The notes under the pieces are model-generated. The model saw nothing but the letters and a program-made list of their open reading frames with translations. It was not told the origin of the DNA and searched no databases. The translations under genes were made by a program, and so were the position numbers. 64,000 nucleotides of DNA, from NCBI GenBank assembly GCA_030770535.1, contig JASVEC010000029.1, forward strand, positions 434,001 through 498,000. Reading direction: 5' to 3'. Position 1 is the first letter of the stretch. Each line of letters begins with the position of its first letter. Shown here one piece after another: positions 1 to 14,369 of this stretch. This stretch comes from Batkoa obscura (lineage: Eukaryota).

Positions 1-833
1 ATACAAAAGAACACCAGTAAATAAAAACTATATACCTTTATATAGGTTAAATGATTTAAAAGTTTATATTTACTTAGAATAATTTGAGCTGTTAATTTAA
101 AAATATTAAGCGAACTAATTTTTTTAAAATGTCAATAATTTCAAAAGAATTCAAAGTTGCTATTATTGAAATTGCATTACTTAGTTTATAATGTCTAAGT
201 ACCTTTTTATATAACTATTGTACTATGAATTCTTTGGTTCCTTTAATCCATTTTATAATAATTTATAATGTTTAAATATTTACTTCATTTTAGTAATATA
301 TTTATATGTGTATCATGAATTTATAGGCCATTTATTAGTTGCTATAAATAATCTTGTCATATATAAACTGGCTCATTATTTAATATAAAATATAAAAATA
401 GTTAATCCCCGGGTAAATTATTGCTTTTGCAAAAGATTGCATAAAACTTATTAGTACATATGATGTAATTTAGAGATTTATTTTTAAAAATTAGGACCTT
501 ATTTTATGTAAAATTTTTAAATTTAGTTCATAATTAATTTAAGTTCTTCAAATAGCTTAAACATAAGATAAAACTCCAGAACCAATGAATTGTAGAAATA
601 AGTTAGTTACTAAAAAACAGATAGTGATACTACCAAATTAAGCAAATGGGGTAAGAATTAAGTTGCTATCAAATTAGCCTCTGTTATTTACCATCCAAAT
701 ATGGTTAACCCCTTAATAAAATCTAATCAATAAATTGTTGAAAATCAAAAAATATTAATAATAGTAGAACTTAGAGTAACACCATTTTATTTAACAATCA
801 GTTCTTTTTATTTTTCGTTTCTTTTTATTTAAC

Positions 834-2738
834 ATGTTCAGTCTATTTGGAAGCAAACCAAAACCAATTGATAACATCAAAAGTCTACAGTGTCTCCATG
901 ATGGATTGTTGGAATTAGAAGCATCTTTCGATCATATTTTAAACGATAGAATTAAACAAGCTCAAACTTTACTAAACGAAAAAGAAAACTTAGGCTCAGA
1001 TTCAAGTTACCCCAATGACAAAAATCCGATGATCTCGTTCGGTAAAGCTACCTTAGCCTTTCAAACTAGTATTATGGGTTTCGAAGAGTCTGGCTTTAGT
1101 TTAGCCTCTAAAGAGTTACAAGCTTCGGAAAATATAGCTAGTGCCTGGACTACAGCAATAACTAGCTCACTTAAAAGCATCGATGCCACTTCGATGTCAT
1201 ATAAAAAGCTCAAAAAAGCAGAATTATTATTAAAATTAGTATCAGCCGACTCTTTGATAATGCTTTCCGCTGTTTCCTTTTTGTCACAATCCTTATCAGA
1301 GTATGCTAAAGCAGCGTATCGATTGAAAAAAGCATATGATAGCTTTATATTCTTGGATAAAGCGGTAGGTTTGGAATTGAATGAAAAAGATTTAAATAAT
1401 GAGCCATTTTCAAAAGTAACGGAAGGTAACTAAATTAACAAATATAATATTTAAAATTAATTATTTTAGATCCATTTGACAGCTTTTTGATAAGTGGTGT
1501 TAGCTTTGGATTAGGATTATTAAAATTAATGATATCTTCTTTACCACGTAAAGCGAAAGGCTTACTTAGTAGTGTTGGGTTTCATCTAGTAGAAAGAAGT
1601 GAAGCCATTTCTTATTTAAAGAATTCTATACTTTATAAAGGTCTTCATGGGTCTTTATCGTCCATGCTATTATTATCTTTTTATTCTGGTTGGTTATCTT
1701 TTATTTCACACTTACCTGTTTCTAGCACTCGAGAATATCAAGAAGCAGAGCATTTGATTCCAAAATTCAGAAGTATTTATCCCCAAGGTCGTATATGGAT
1801 CCTTTTAGAGTGTAAATTTCTCAAGCTAAAGGGCGACCTTGACAATGTGACTACACTTTTAGAAAATGCATTAAACCAAAAAACTGATTCTTGGCCAGAA
1901 TTGAAATATTTAATTTTATATGAATATGCATGGTAATTTAAATAATAATATTTGATTTGTAAATATTGATTTGTTATTTAGGTGTAAAATTTTAGTAGGT
2001 GATTATTTAAAAGCAGCTGAATGCTTTTCTAAATTACACACCGAAACCAATTGGTCAAAAGCCTTTTACTGTTATTTACAAGCAACATGCTACCTTCGTG
2101 TTGGCGAAGTAAATAAAGCCAGTGATTTATTTATAGAAGCACCAACTTTAATTAAAAGAAGAATTGGCGGAAGAACAATCCCGATTGAGGCATTTGTAAA
2201 AAGCAGATCTCATTTCTATAACGAGCGTTTAAATGCTAATAGTACTCCAGATCTTCTATTACAGTCTCTTCCCCAACTTGAAGTTACTTATTACTTTAAC
2301 GGATTCCATTTTATGTCTCAAAAACAACTTGGCGATCTTATTGAACAACTCAATTCATTCAATGCTCCAAAACCAGATCAAATTATAATGGATGATGAAG
2401 TAAATATCTTAAGCCATATGATATTGGGATCCATTTATAGAGAATCAAATGATTGGGATTTAGCACAACAACATTTAAGTCACTTAATTAACCTTCCAGG
2501 TTCAAACACGTTCCAGTCAACAACGTTGAGTTATTCTTATTTTGAGTTAGCCGTACTTGAGTTTTCAAATTCCCCACCAGGAACACCAAGTGAAGAGCCT
2601 AAAAAAGTAAAGATGAATAGTTATTTACAAGGGGTAAATCAATATTTATTACATTCTGAGTTGGAAGAGAGATTAGCTTATCGTATGGAATGGCTTAAAG
2701 AGGATATACTACTCGTTCCTTCCGCATTATCTTCTTAA
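834..2738 (+). CDS. Iml2/TTC39-family tetratricopeptide repeat protein (3 exons; introns ~1426-1469 and ~1933-1981)
   Basis: Three consecutive ORFs joined by GT-AG introns. Family-like motifs: 'ISGVSFGLGLLKLMISSLP', 'AAYRLKKAY', 'NWSKAFYCYLQATC', 'GRTIPIEAFV'. Confidence 0.8.
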
Positions 2739-3539
2739 ACTTTAGATTAGCTTAGATTTTAAGTAGAATTTTATTATTTTGATTAGTCGTTATACTTGAT
2801 CGTGTAGTATTAGTTCAATATGCTTCATTTAAAATTAAATTTTTTTATTTTTGTTCAATACGTGAACTTTATTTGGAACTTTGATATTTTTAATTTGACT
2901 TTATTTTACATTGGAGTGTTTTTATTATTAGACATAGTTTATAATCTGATCTTGCATATTTACCATTGTTTAAGCTATTCATGCAATACTTGTAAGACTT
3001 ATTCTTGTTACTTAATAAAAACTACTATTTATATATATATAAAATTAATAATTCGTTATTGGGTCAAATAGTATTATCCACATTTACAATTATAAATTGA
3101 TGTCTTTTTTCTTCCTTATCATTGAAGAAGCAAATTTAGTAATAACTCAAATTTTAAAGCGAATTTTTAACGCAGTCTTTATACCGATTAGAGTTTATCC
3201 ATGGAAAGCAGGTGGCTGAAAAAATTAATATTTTAGTATCATTTTATTTTTAAATATCGGTTTAAAATATAATTATTAAACTTTATTATTCTTTTATTAC
3301 TGTCACTTATAATTTTAAAATTCTATAATAACTAACAAAAGGATAAATTTTTTATACACATGAAATATAATCTAATTGTTTAATTAAATTTTTTTTTGAA
3401 ATGATATAATCAAAAGAGTAAGCAAATTCACTAACCCAACTTTGATTGGTTAGAATAAAAAAGGGTTGGAGAGAACAAATAAAAGCAGGAAAATAAAGGA
3501 AACTAATATTGATAACTTTAACTCAATTATAACTTAGTA

Positions 3540-5109
3540 ATGACAAGAAGAAGACTTTCGGAACCACATCAGGTCGATACCGATCCTATGCTTATGGAAG
3601 AGTATGCTACAAACAATCCTGCTTCAAAAAAGTTAAAACAGGATAATGGTAAATTTATCAAGATCTTAGCTGCTGTTTGTTTATTCGTTCTTGGTATCTA
3701 TTTATTTTCCCGTAAAGCTAATTTAGAGCCTAAAGAGCAAGGTAAATTTAATTTAGTAAATAATTGTAGAATTTGATCTTATATTTTTACTAAAGGTTTA
3801 ACTAATGCCTGTAGTTCAGCTTATCCAGGAAAACCTTTAAAGCAGTACGTATTAATGATCGATGCCGGGTCCAGTGGGTCAAGAATCCATGTATATAGAT
3901 TTAACTTTTGTAAGAAGAATCCGGAAATTGAAAATGAAGTATTTGACCAACTTACGCCTGGACTTTCAAACTATATCTCAGACCCTGAAGAAGCAGCAAA
4001 AAGTTTAGATAAACTTTTAAAAATAGCTTTAAAGTCGGTACCTAAAGAGTTGCATAAATGTACTCCAATTGCTGTCAAAGCTACTGCTGGTCTCAGAATT
4101 TATAAAAAGAAAAGTGATGCAATTTTAGGCGCAGTACGCCATCGTATTAAAACTCACTTCCCATTCACTATCATTGATAAAAATGGAGTTGAAATTATGA
4201 GTGGAAAGGATGAAGGTATACTATTAGCATTTGATATATTATAATATTTTAAACTTTATTTTAGGTGTCTATGCTTGGATTACTGTAAATTATTTATTAG
4301 AAAAATTAAACTCAGATGCCAAAGAAGGTTCAAGTGTAGCAACTATCGACTTAGGTGGTGGCTCTGTGCAATTAGTATTCGAACCCAAGTTTCAACTTCC
4401 TTATGAATTGAAAGATGGTGAACACAAGTTCGAGCTTGACTTTTCTGGAAGACATCATGTTTTATACCAACAAAGCTATCTTGGCTATGGTTTAAATCAA
4501 GCAAGATCTAGATCACATCAATTGTTAATTGAAGCGAATACCAAAAATGGTAATGAAATTGATAGCTATGATCATCCTTGTTTTAAAAAGGGTCACGAAA
4601 TCCAATATTCAGAAGATGGAAAGGAGTATAAAGCCATAGGAGTAGCTACTTCATTTGATGAATGTCATACTTTAGCAAAGAGATTGTTTGAAAAAGAAAA
4701 AGAATGCCATTTAAGCCCTTGCTCTTTCAATGGAATTTATCAACCTAGCTTAAAGGATACTTTTGGAGATAATGACATTTATGCCTTTTCTTTTTTTTAT
4801 GATCGTACTCAACCTTTTGGATTGAAGGAGCAATTTACAGTCAAAGAAATTAAGGAATTAGCAAAACGTATATGTAATAACGATAAAGAGTATTTTGAAG
4901 GAAATCAACAAGCTTTAGATCAACTTGAATCTAAGCCTTATAGATGTTTTGATGTTACTTATTTATATACTTTATTAAATACAGGTTTTGATATTGAAGA
5001 TGGTCGATTGATACGTACTGCTAAGAAAATTAAAAACTTAGAAACTGGGTGGTGCCTAGGTGCTTCCATTGCTATATTGGATGATAAAAACTATTGTCCT
5101 TCAAAATAA
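3540..5109 (+). CDS. GDA1: Golgi guanosine diphosphatase, GDA1/CD39 nucleoside phosphatase family (type II membrane anchor; 3 exons)
   Basis: Apyrase conserved regions IDAGSSGSR, KATAGLR, IMSGKDEG-VYAWITVNYL, DLGGGSVQ and GWCLGA. One N-terminal TM helix. Confidence 0.9.
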
Positions 5110-5190
5110 TACAAATAAATGTGAAATAAGATAAAATTATTTTTTTTCATTATCTTAAATTTAATGTTATTAAAAAGAATACTTTCTAAT

Positions 5191-6561
<1,371 letters not shown>

Positions 6562-6996
6562 TTTGTTTAAAAAATAATTAAAAAAGCTGCTTGAGACTAA
6601 GCTATATGAAATGGGATAGCATACGTAAACAACTATAAGTAGATATTGACCAATTAAAAGCTACTTCAGTCTAGTTAATTGGTTTTTTATATTAATTTTG
6701 CTAAAAAAGTAAATTTGCTATGTAAATTTTATAGCTTAACTTTGATCTTTTTTGATATTAGTAAACAAATGCTATATAGAAAATGAAGCTTTCAGTAACG
6801 ATGTCTTTATTCATAAAATAATGGTAATTTACTTACCTTAAATACTTTGATTTTTTGGATAGATAATATTTTAAATACTCTTATCATCATCATTTACTTC
6901 AAAATTGACCTGCAAAAAATGCATTTTATTGCAAAACAATAATTTCGAAAAATAAAATTCAAAATTCAAAATTATTAATTCAAAATTTATATAGCA

Positions 6997-8796
6997 ATGC
7001 TAGTCAAAAAGTTAAATAACCATAAGACAAAAATAACTCAACAACTATTATTTATATCGAAGAAATATGGGAGTACAACAAATATAAAACCAATGCTATC
7101 AAAACAAGGAGTAAAAACTACAAAAGAGAAATATAGTGTGAGCTCGATCGAGGAAGAGTATAACCCCATGTTATTTTGGTTAGAAAGTAGTAACCCAAAG
7201 TTAGGAGAAAAAGAAATGGAACTACTGAATTTAATTACAAAGTTAAAGAGTGTTAGTGAAACAAAAAATGTAGATAGTATTAGTGATTTTATTTTGCAAA
7301 CTCTGAGACGTGGCAAAGATGGCGAAAGTGAAATAAGTTTAAGTAGTTTGATCAATACGTATGAAATTAAAAGGGATATTGAGTTGGAAACAATAAATAA
7401 GTTATTAAATCACGAAATGTTTATAAACGGTTGTCTATTATTGGTAAAATACAAAAAGGATAAAAATTTAGTTGAAATTAGTAAAGAATTAGCTCGGTTA
7501 ACTAGTTTACCATTGAAGAGTATGCGATTAGTTTGGTTAATTATTAGAACTTTATCTTTAGATAAAAAAGAAGATCACTTTAAATTAATATATATTTTTT
7601 ATCAGCAATTGATAGATAATCGAATTCCAATCAATGACTCGCTCTATAGTCTATTCTTTTATGCACATTCTTATGATAACTCTAATTCAAATCTCCAAAT
7701 AAATAAATTGAAGCATTTGAGAAAAACTATAGAAGATTATAAAGATTCAGAGCTAGTTCCATCAAATTTCACCTTTAAGGCTATTTTAAGAAGTTTTTCA
7801 GTTCTAACTAACAGTGAATCAGTAAAGTCATTAGTTAAAAGTCAAGAAATCAAAGGCTTACTTGTATGGTCAATGAATAAGCAAATAGAATTTGACCAGC
7901 CAACTAAAGTTTATTTAATGAAGATATACAATAATTTAGGGATGGGAAAAGAGTTGGAGGTGCTATACTTAAATGAAATGAACCAACAGCCTTCGATAGT
8001 AGCAAATAATATATATTTAAACCAACTTCTAGTTACCAAAGATAGTGAAGGGTTATTTTGGAAATTTTATGATAAAACAATGGAAAACCCCGCACAAAAT
8101 TTAGATATTCGTACACTTACAATGATAGTAAAATATATGAAATTAATACAATATGATGAGGATAAATTAGAAAGTATATTGAAGTTAAATATCCCACATG
8201 ATAAAGTATTTAATAAAACTTTACTTAATTTTTATTTAACTAAAGGCAAAAATGATAGTTTTTTTGCTCTTTTAGACTCCAACGACTTTACTAAATCCCC
8301 AAAAGATGAAGATGTTATTTTGCTCAATATCCTTGCAGGCTGCAAAAATGGGATGGACGGTGATAAAATCAAGAATTTATTTGATGAGTATTCGAAACTA
8401 ACCGAAAATATAACTGTTGCTGGGAATAGAGTTTTAAGTTATTATGTGCAGCTTGGATCTTTAAGTCATTTCAATGAAGTATATAATTATTTATTGGAGC
8501 AACATAAAGTTAATGATCAGACGTTTATTATTGGATTTAAAATGTATAGAAGAATAGGGAGTTATCAGCATTTTGAAAAACTAATAATTGATTTACTAAA
8601 TACAGAAATCAATATATATAATTCTAGTTTAATTAATGAAATACATAGGGGGTTTCATTTGTTGTATGACGACCCGGAAGTAAAATTTAAAAAATGGTGT
8701 AATTTATTTTTGGATGATTTATTAAACAAATATGAGATAGATATAATAAAGTTTAGAAGGGTTAAAAGGCAGTTATTAAAAAATATAATAGAATAA
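6997..8796 (+). CDS. Intronless helical-repeat protein, probably mitochondrial PPR-like
   Basis: 599-aa ORF with a basic N-terminus resembling a targeting peptide. PPR-like segments: 'PSNFTFKAILRSF', 'PSIVANNIYLNQL', 'DIRTLTMIVK', 'DKVFNKTLLNFY'. Confidence 0.55.
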   Translation: MLVKKLNNHKTKITQQLLFISKKYGSTTNIKPMLSKQGVKTTKEKYSVSSIEEEYNPMLFWLESSNPKLGEKEMELLNLITKLKSVSETKNVDSISDFILQTLRRGKDGESEISLSSLINTYEIKRDIELETINKLLNHEMFINGCLLLVKYKKDKNLVEISKELARLTSLPLKSMRLVWLIIRTLSLDKKEDHFKLIYIFYQQLIDNRIPINDSLYSLFFYAHSYDNSNSNLQINKLKHLRKTIEDYKDSELVPSNFTFKAILRSFSVLTNSESVKSLVKSQEIKGLLVWSMNKQIEFDQPTKVYLMKIYNNLGMGKELEVLYLNEMNQQPSIVANNIYLNQLLVTKDSEGLFWKFYDKTMENPAQNLDIRTLTMIVKYMKLIQYDEDKLESILKLNIPHDKVFNKTLLNFYLTKGKNDSFFALLDSNDFTKSPKDEDVILLNILAGCKNGMDGDKIKNLFDEYSKLTENITVAGNRVLSYYVQLGSLSHFNEVYNYLLEQHKVNDQTFIIGFKMYRRIGSYQHFEKLIIDLLNTEINIYNSSLINEIHRGFHLLYDDPEVKFKKWCNLFLDDLLNKYEIDIIKFRRVKRQLLKNIIE

Positions 8797-8879
8797 TCTT
8801 CAAAATAAAAATAGTTAACAAATTAGCTCAAATAATTACTATTTAACATTCTATAATTCATGCTATCGTATTATTTATA

Positions 8880-9995
8880 CTATCCTTTTAAATCCCCTTC
8901 AGAGGTAATTTCACTTTCTTGGTTAATATTAATGGGGGCTGATAAAACACTTCTATTTTCATCTTGATTGTTAAAAGTTTCTTGAGAGTCAGCATCACTT
9001 ACTTCACCTATATTACTAACTTCATTTTCAGTTAATTTTTTGTTTAGATCGTTAATACTTTCAATAGCTCTATCAAAACTCAACCCATTGTTTTCAATAC
9101 TTTCCACATCATAAGTCGACTCAAGCTCGCTAGAGTTTTCTGGATTTTCTGAGCTTGCAGATAAAATTAAGTCTCTATCACTGCTTTGATCCACTTCAAC
9201 ATTAGTTGAGTCTTTAGGTACATCGCTTTGTTTATCTAATTTAGTATCAGTTTGATTTTTTGGAAATATTCCTACAGGTAGTTGACTACCTTGTCTAGTA
9301 GAAAACTGAACTTTTCCTTTATAAGAGGTACCATTTAAAAGAGGCACCATTTCCTCTACCAAAGTTTCATCAAACATCGATGTTAGTCTAAAGGTATAAG
9401 GTCCTGGTCCTGGTAAACTCATAGTGAAATAGTTATAATATTCTTTTTTGACCTGTTGCCAGTTACCATCGACTAATAGCTCCATCTTTTTAACAGGCGC
9501 AGCTGAGTTACGTATACCTATTGAAAACCACCATGGTGTTGATCCTTTAATAAAAACATATCTTAAAGAACCTTGTGCTCTACAAGGTTGTGGTTTCCAA
9601 TTAACCTTTATTGCCCCTAATGAAAGATCCCCCAACTCAAGAAAACTTTCCTTATCTAACAATATGTCATATGGGTCACATCCTAAACATAAATCGACTA
9701 CACCAGCTACTATACTACCTTTGCTTGTACTCGCTCCTATACATAACCCACATGATATGGAGTCCGCAAACAGTTTGGGACCTACTGCTGCAAGTCTACG
9801 ATAACTTCCATTTTCAAAGTTACAATTGCCTTTTTCTATAGAACGGGTTAGCTAAATGATAAAAATAAAAGAAGAAGAGTTACCTGTAGTTATGTTTTGA
9901 GCATACCTTGCCATCCCAGTTAATGTTTCGGCATTGTTAATTAAGTTTGTAGAATATATAGTTGAAAATAATAGAATTGAGATGAAATACAACAT
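8880..9995 (-). CDS. Secreted expansin-like protein (DPBB domain + CBM63-like domain) with long acidic C-terminal tail; 2 exons
   Basis: Signal peptide MLYFISILLFSTIYS from ATG 9995, then one intron (~9837-9884). DPBB segment 'KGNCNF..AAVGPKLFADSISCGLCI..VVDLCLGCDPYDILLDKESF'. Second domain 'IKGSTPWWFSIGIRN..YNYF..GPGPYTFRLTS'. Confidence 0.8.
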
Positions 9996-10593
9996 GAAGG
10001 ATTAAAAATAAAATAAATAGAGATGAATAAAAATGTCATATTATTTTATTGTTTTTATAATCTTATCTTTTTTACAAATTCGTTTCTTCTCAATCAATCT
10101 CGATACGTATCAAACTTTTATAATCTTTATTTTCAAATTGCCATGTTTATTTCAAACTTGTTTTTTTAATATAAAAGCTCAAACTTATTGATTTTCTAGT
10201 TGAAATCCTAATTAAAAGTTCATTCAATATAATACATTATTAAAGCTTAGTTAAATCATAATGAATAATGTTAACTTTTAACAGTAAAATTAGACCATTA
10301 ATATAATAAAATAGTTTCTAGTTGGCCTATGACAATACTATTTATAAATAGAGTTTAGGCCTAACTATAATTTGTGATGAAATAAAGATTCAAACGTTTG
10401 AATTTCAGCTCTCATTTCTAAATTTGGAAAATAACTCTAAAATTTACTAACTAATTTGACAAAAAAAATGGACAATTTAAAAAAAATAAAACTACTTTTA
10501 ACTATTTCAAATTTAATAACTATTAAAAAATGATTAGCTCTAACTTTGGCCAATTTTATTAAGTTTTTTACTGCTAATAATAATTAATATAAT

Positions 10594-12090
10594 TTAAAAG
10601 ATACTTATTTTTTATCTTTAACATAAATAAACTCTGCTAAAGACTTGAATTTCTTTGACAGTTTTTGTTTGGGTGTAGTTTGTATTACTGAGTAGTCTCT
10701 AGCTAAACCCTCCTTAGTATCTTGACTTAAATCAAAAACTGAACGCCTAAAATTAAATTTGTTAGCATCACGCACATCTTTTGTTTACATAAAAACTTAC
10801 TCATTTAACTTATTAATAGCGTCAGTTCTTGGCAATACAGGTTCAACCCCGTTTTCATTATTTTTTCCTAAATGAAAGTTTAATGATAAAATTTTTGGCA
10901 ATTATTCTCTTACTCTTTCTCTTTTTCTTTTGTAAAATGCTAAGTGGGTTCATTTCTTTTTTTAATTCATCAAGTTGCTTTTCATATTTGCTAAAGAACG
11001 CGCATTTTAGCGCTTCACTTAATGAAAATCGATCAGCTAAATAACATTAGTTATCTATAAAATTCAGAGGCTAAAAATGGTTACCAGGCTCTCTCTTTAA
11101 GAGGCCTTGAATGACGTGTTTGGCATCACTATAAATAGCTTTATTGTTTGGTACTATATAGTCCTCAATAATAATTCGTCTAAAGATTTTGTAAGTATAA
11201 ATTTTATTTAAATATAAATCATTACCTAATATGTAAATCTGTCTCATCATTGTCGAATGGATAACTATTAGTAAAAAGATAAAAAGCTAATACACCAAAT
11301 GACCAAGAGTCTGCTTTATAATCATATCCTATGAGATTGTCCACTACTTCAGGTGCAATATAATGGTAATTACCAACAGTGGAACTGATAATGTTAGATT
11401 ATAATATTTTATTTCTAATACTCATTACTATTCTCTACTACCATTGGTGATAAGTATTGCTTCAGAAAAATCACCCAATTTACAGTTGAAATTGTGATCT
11501 AAGAAGATATGATCCACTTTAAGATCCCTATAAATAACTCCTTTACTATGACAGTGCCTTAAAGCACTACTGATTTGATATAATATGACCCTTATTTGGT
11601 CTTCATTTAAGGTGTATAGCTCCAAGTAATCTCTTAATGTTTGGTTTTCACATAATTCCAATACTAGATAGACTGAGTTGGCATCTTCAAAATGACCATA
11701 TAAATTCACGATCATACTATCATTTAGTTTTTTTTGTATCATTATTTCATTTTCTAACTATAGAATTGTGAGTAAGTAACTAAGTTTCAAATTAAGAACT
11801 TACTTTAGAAATATAATGTTTGTTAATATCTTGTTTATCATAAACTTTTAGACATACTTTGTTTCCTGTAACCAGATCAATAGCCGAATAGCACTTCGAT
11901 ATTGTGCCCTAGTAAAAAAAGTTAAATCGAAATTCAATAAAAAAAACAAAAAATAAAACTTTACAATCCCAATATGTTGAATGATCATAAAGCATATACC
12001 CTCCTTTTTATCACCAATAGTCTGGCCAGGATACAAACAAATATCCGAATTTTCAAAATTTTCAAAACCTAAAAGATTTTTGTTTGTCAT
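10594..12090 (-). CDS. Divergent Ser/Thr protein kinase, Polo/Aurora-like domain without polo boxes; possible pseudokinase (about 8 exons)
   Basis: Spliced translation gives IGIGTISKCY, VCLK, VYLVLELCEN, YRDLKVDHIFL, KLGDFSEA, YIAPEV and DSWSFGV. Confidence 0.75.
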
Positions 12091-12445
12091 GGTGGAAACA
12101 AAAGGAAGGAATTACTTTTTTGTTTGAAATCAAAGAACTGAAAACTTTTTTGCTTTCAAGTGCAGATTGTTTAGTATTTGCCTTTTATGGAATGAGTTAT
12201 TCTTAATGTGGCATAAATTGGAAGGTGAAGCTAAAGCTTATTTTGACTATTATGTTGTTGTAATACTGTGTATTATATTGTAAAAAGTTCACAAATATTT
12301 AAATTCAGTGACGCCATTTGATCATATAACGTTTATTATCAATAAATAAAAGCTCCTATTGACCATAGATAATTATAACAATATAGATAATTTTAATAAA
12401 TAGTAGTGTTAAAACTATGAGTATATTTATTTAATGAATTAAATT

Positions 12446-13688
12446 TTAATTTGTGCTTTTAGTGGCAAACTCGTCAAAAAAAGAATACAGCTCATTAAAG
12501 TCTATGCTAGGATATCTAGAGCGCAAAGTTATTAAATTAATTCTAGTGTCCTTTGATAAACTCCAATTCGGCGAAGCAGTCTGTTTTAACCAATTGAAGT
12601 CATCTACTTTATTATACAAATTGTTTTGGGGATTATAATTTATATTATAATGCTAAAAATTAATAAAAATTTTAAATAAAAGAAATGAAATACTTACTTT
12701 AAATAGCTCTTCTTCATTTTCATTCCCAAACCCAATTAAATACTTACCAAACTTAATATCGATACAATCTTCTATAATAGGGTTGGAATTGGCTGATAGA
12801 AAAACTTGACAGTTTTTAGAGCCATGCATACGATACTAACAATATGTTAAAAAAAAACTATTATTTTTCATAATATTAATTACCTGCTGAGAAGCCACAT
12901 AAATGATACAATTAAAACAGTTTTGAATCAAAACCGAGTTCAAAACAGGTGGTAATAAAATAATACTATTCTTGATTTCTTTTAAGTATAAAGTAGCTAT
13001 TTTTGTTTGTTTATTAATCAAGTCTATCACTGAGTTTTCGATTTCTGATATATTAACACTTGTACTGCTCTCTTTTGTTAAATCTTCCACCTTATCAACA
13101 GTGATAATTCGCTTTTTCATATTTTTTATCTCAAAAGTGTCTTTAAAAAACTGGCTTTAGCTTTGGCTTTGATATACAATTTTAAACTTACTTCCTTTGA
13201 ATCCAATTCTAGGTTCTATACTAATCTCCTCTTGGCTCTTTTGTTTTATTACTTTCGGTTTGGAATTCACTTTTATTTCTGTATTGTTTTTTAATAACTC
13301 TCGTTTTCTAAAGCCAAACTTTGGTTTTGGAGTTAAACTGTTTCTTAGTTGAGTTACCCTATCCTTCAACCTTTTTAAATCCTATTAATTATATTTAAAT
13401 TTTGAAAAATGATTAATTAAGTTACCTCTTGATAACTTTTTTGTTCATAAGACGGTAAGAATGGAAAATAATTTTGAGTTAATTCTTGTAAAGATTGAAT
13501 CTTTAATAAAATTGATTGATTGATTTTCTCTATCTCATTTTTATTTATTGCTTCAAGACTACTGAGTAAATCTTCTACTTCTAAATAATAAAGTTATAAA
13601 TTTAATTTTATTGGCTATTGTATTTACCTTGGACACTAAGTTTATATTGTTTGTAAAATTCTTCACGTCCATTCTCTTTTGTATCCAT
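12446..13688 (-). CDS. Tubulin-binding cofactor C (multi-exon)
   Basis: 'LPSYEQK', 'PKPKFGF', 'IYVASQQ-YRMHGS', 'NSNPIIEDC' and C-terminal 'VDDFNWLKQTASPNWS' are typical of TBCC. Confidence 0.85.
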
Positions 13689-14369
13689 ACTGTTTATTAA
13701 TACTTTTTTTAAAGTCAAAACATTCATTATTTGCGAAATTAAAAATCATTTTAAGAACAAAAATTCACATTTATGCAAACAGTTTATGTGTGTATAATTT
13801 TAATAATCAACAAAGTATTACTGTTTATATGAATATAAAGTGTATAATATAACTAAAAATTAAATGTAAATCAATTGTGTTTTATTATTATAGCAAGGCT
13901 AAAGAGCTTGGAGTCTTAAATGAAATATAAATAATATAATTTTTTTAAAATAGTGTAGCTTTAAGGATCATTCAAAAAAATATTAAATTCAAGGTGATAT
14001 TAAATTTTGTATATTTTATACACGGATTTTATTATATATTTTAGTTGTTTATTATAGTTTTTTTACAGCTACGAATTACTTCATTAAGTCCAATAAACTT
14101 TCTATGATGACGTTAAACTATGATATAAACATTTAATAAAATAAATTAATCTTATAGCAAACAGCTAACAAAGTTCAAAGGATAATAATATATTGAAGAA
14201 ACTTACCAGGCAAGCTTTAGTCTAATATTAAGTATCGAATCGCTTATTAAATTTAATAATTTTATTACCTTTATTTACCCTGAAAATAATTCTAGTTCTA
14301 TAAAATAAATTAATCTACAAAATTTAAATGACAATTTACTATAAAGTTATAATTTAATAATATAAAGGA

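Noticed and set aside
2820..3071. Short hydrophobic ORFs in spacers (2820-3071, 38215-38499, 45120-45338)
   Set aside because: Their composition is typical of random AT-rich translation, with no motifs or splice structure.
7038..7355. Antisense and overlapping short ORFs (e.g. 7038-7355, 9448-9804, 17896-18171, 24625-25020, 37089-37370, 55971-56183)
   Set aside because: They are shadows of real genes on the opposite strand and have no recognisable motifs.
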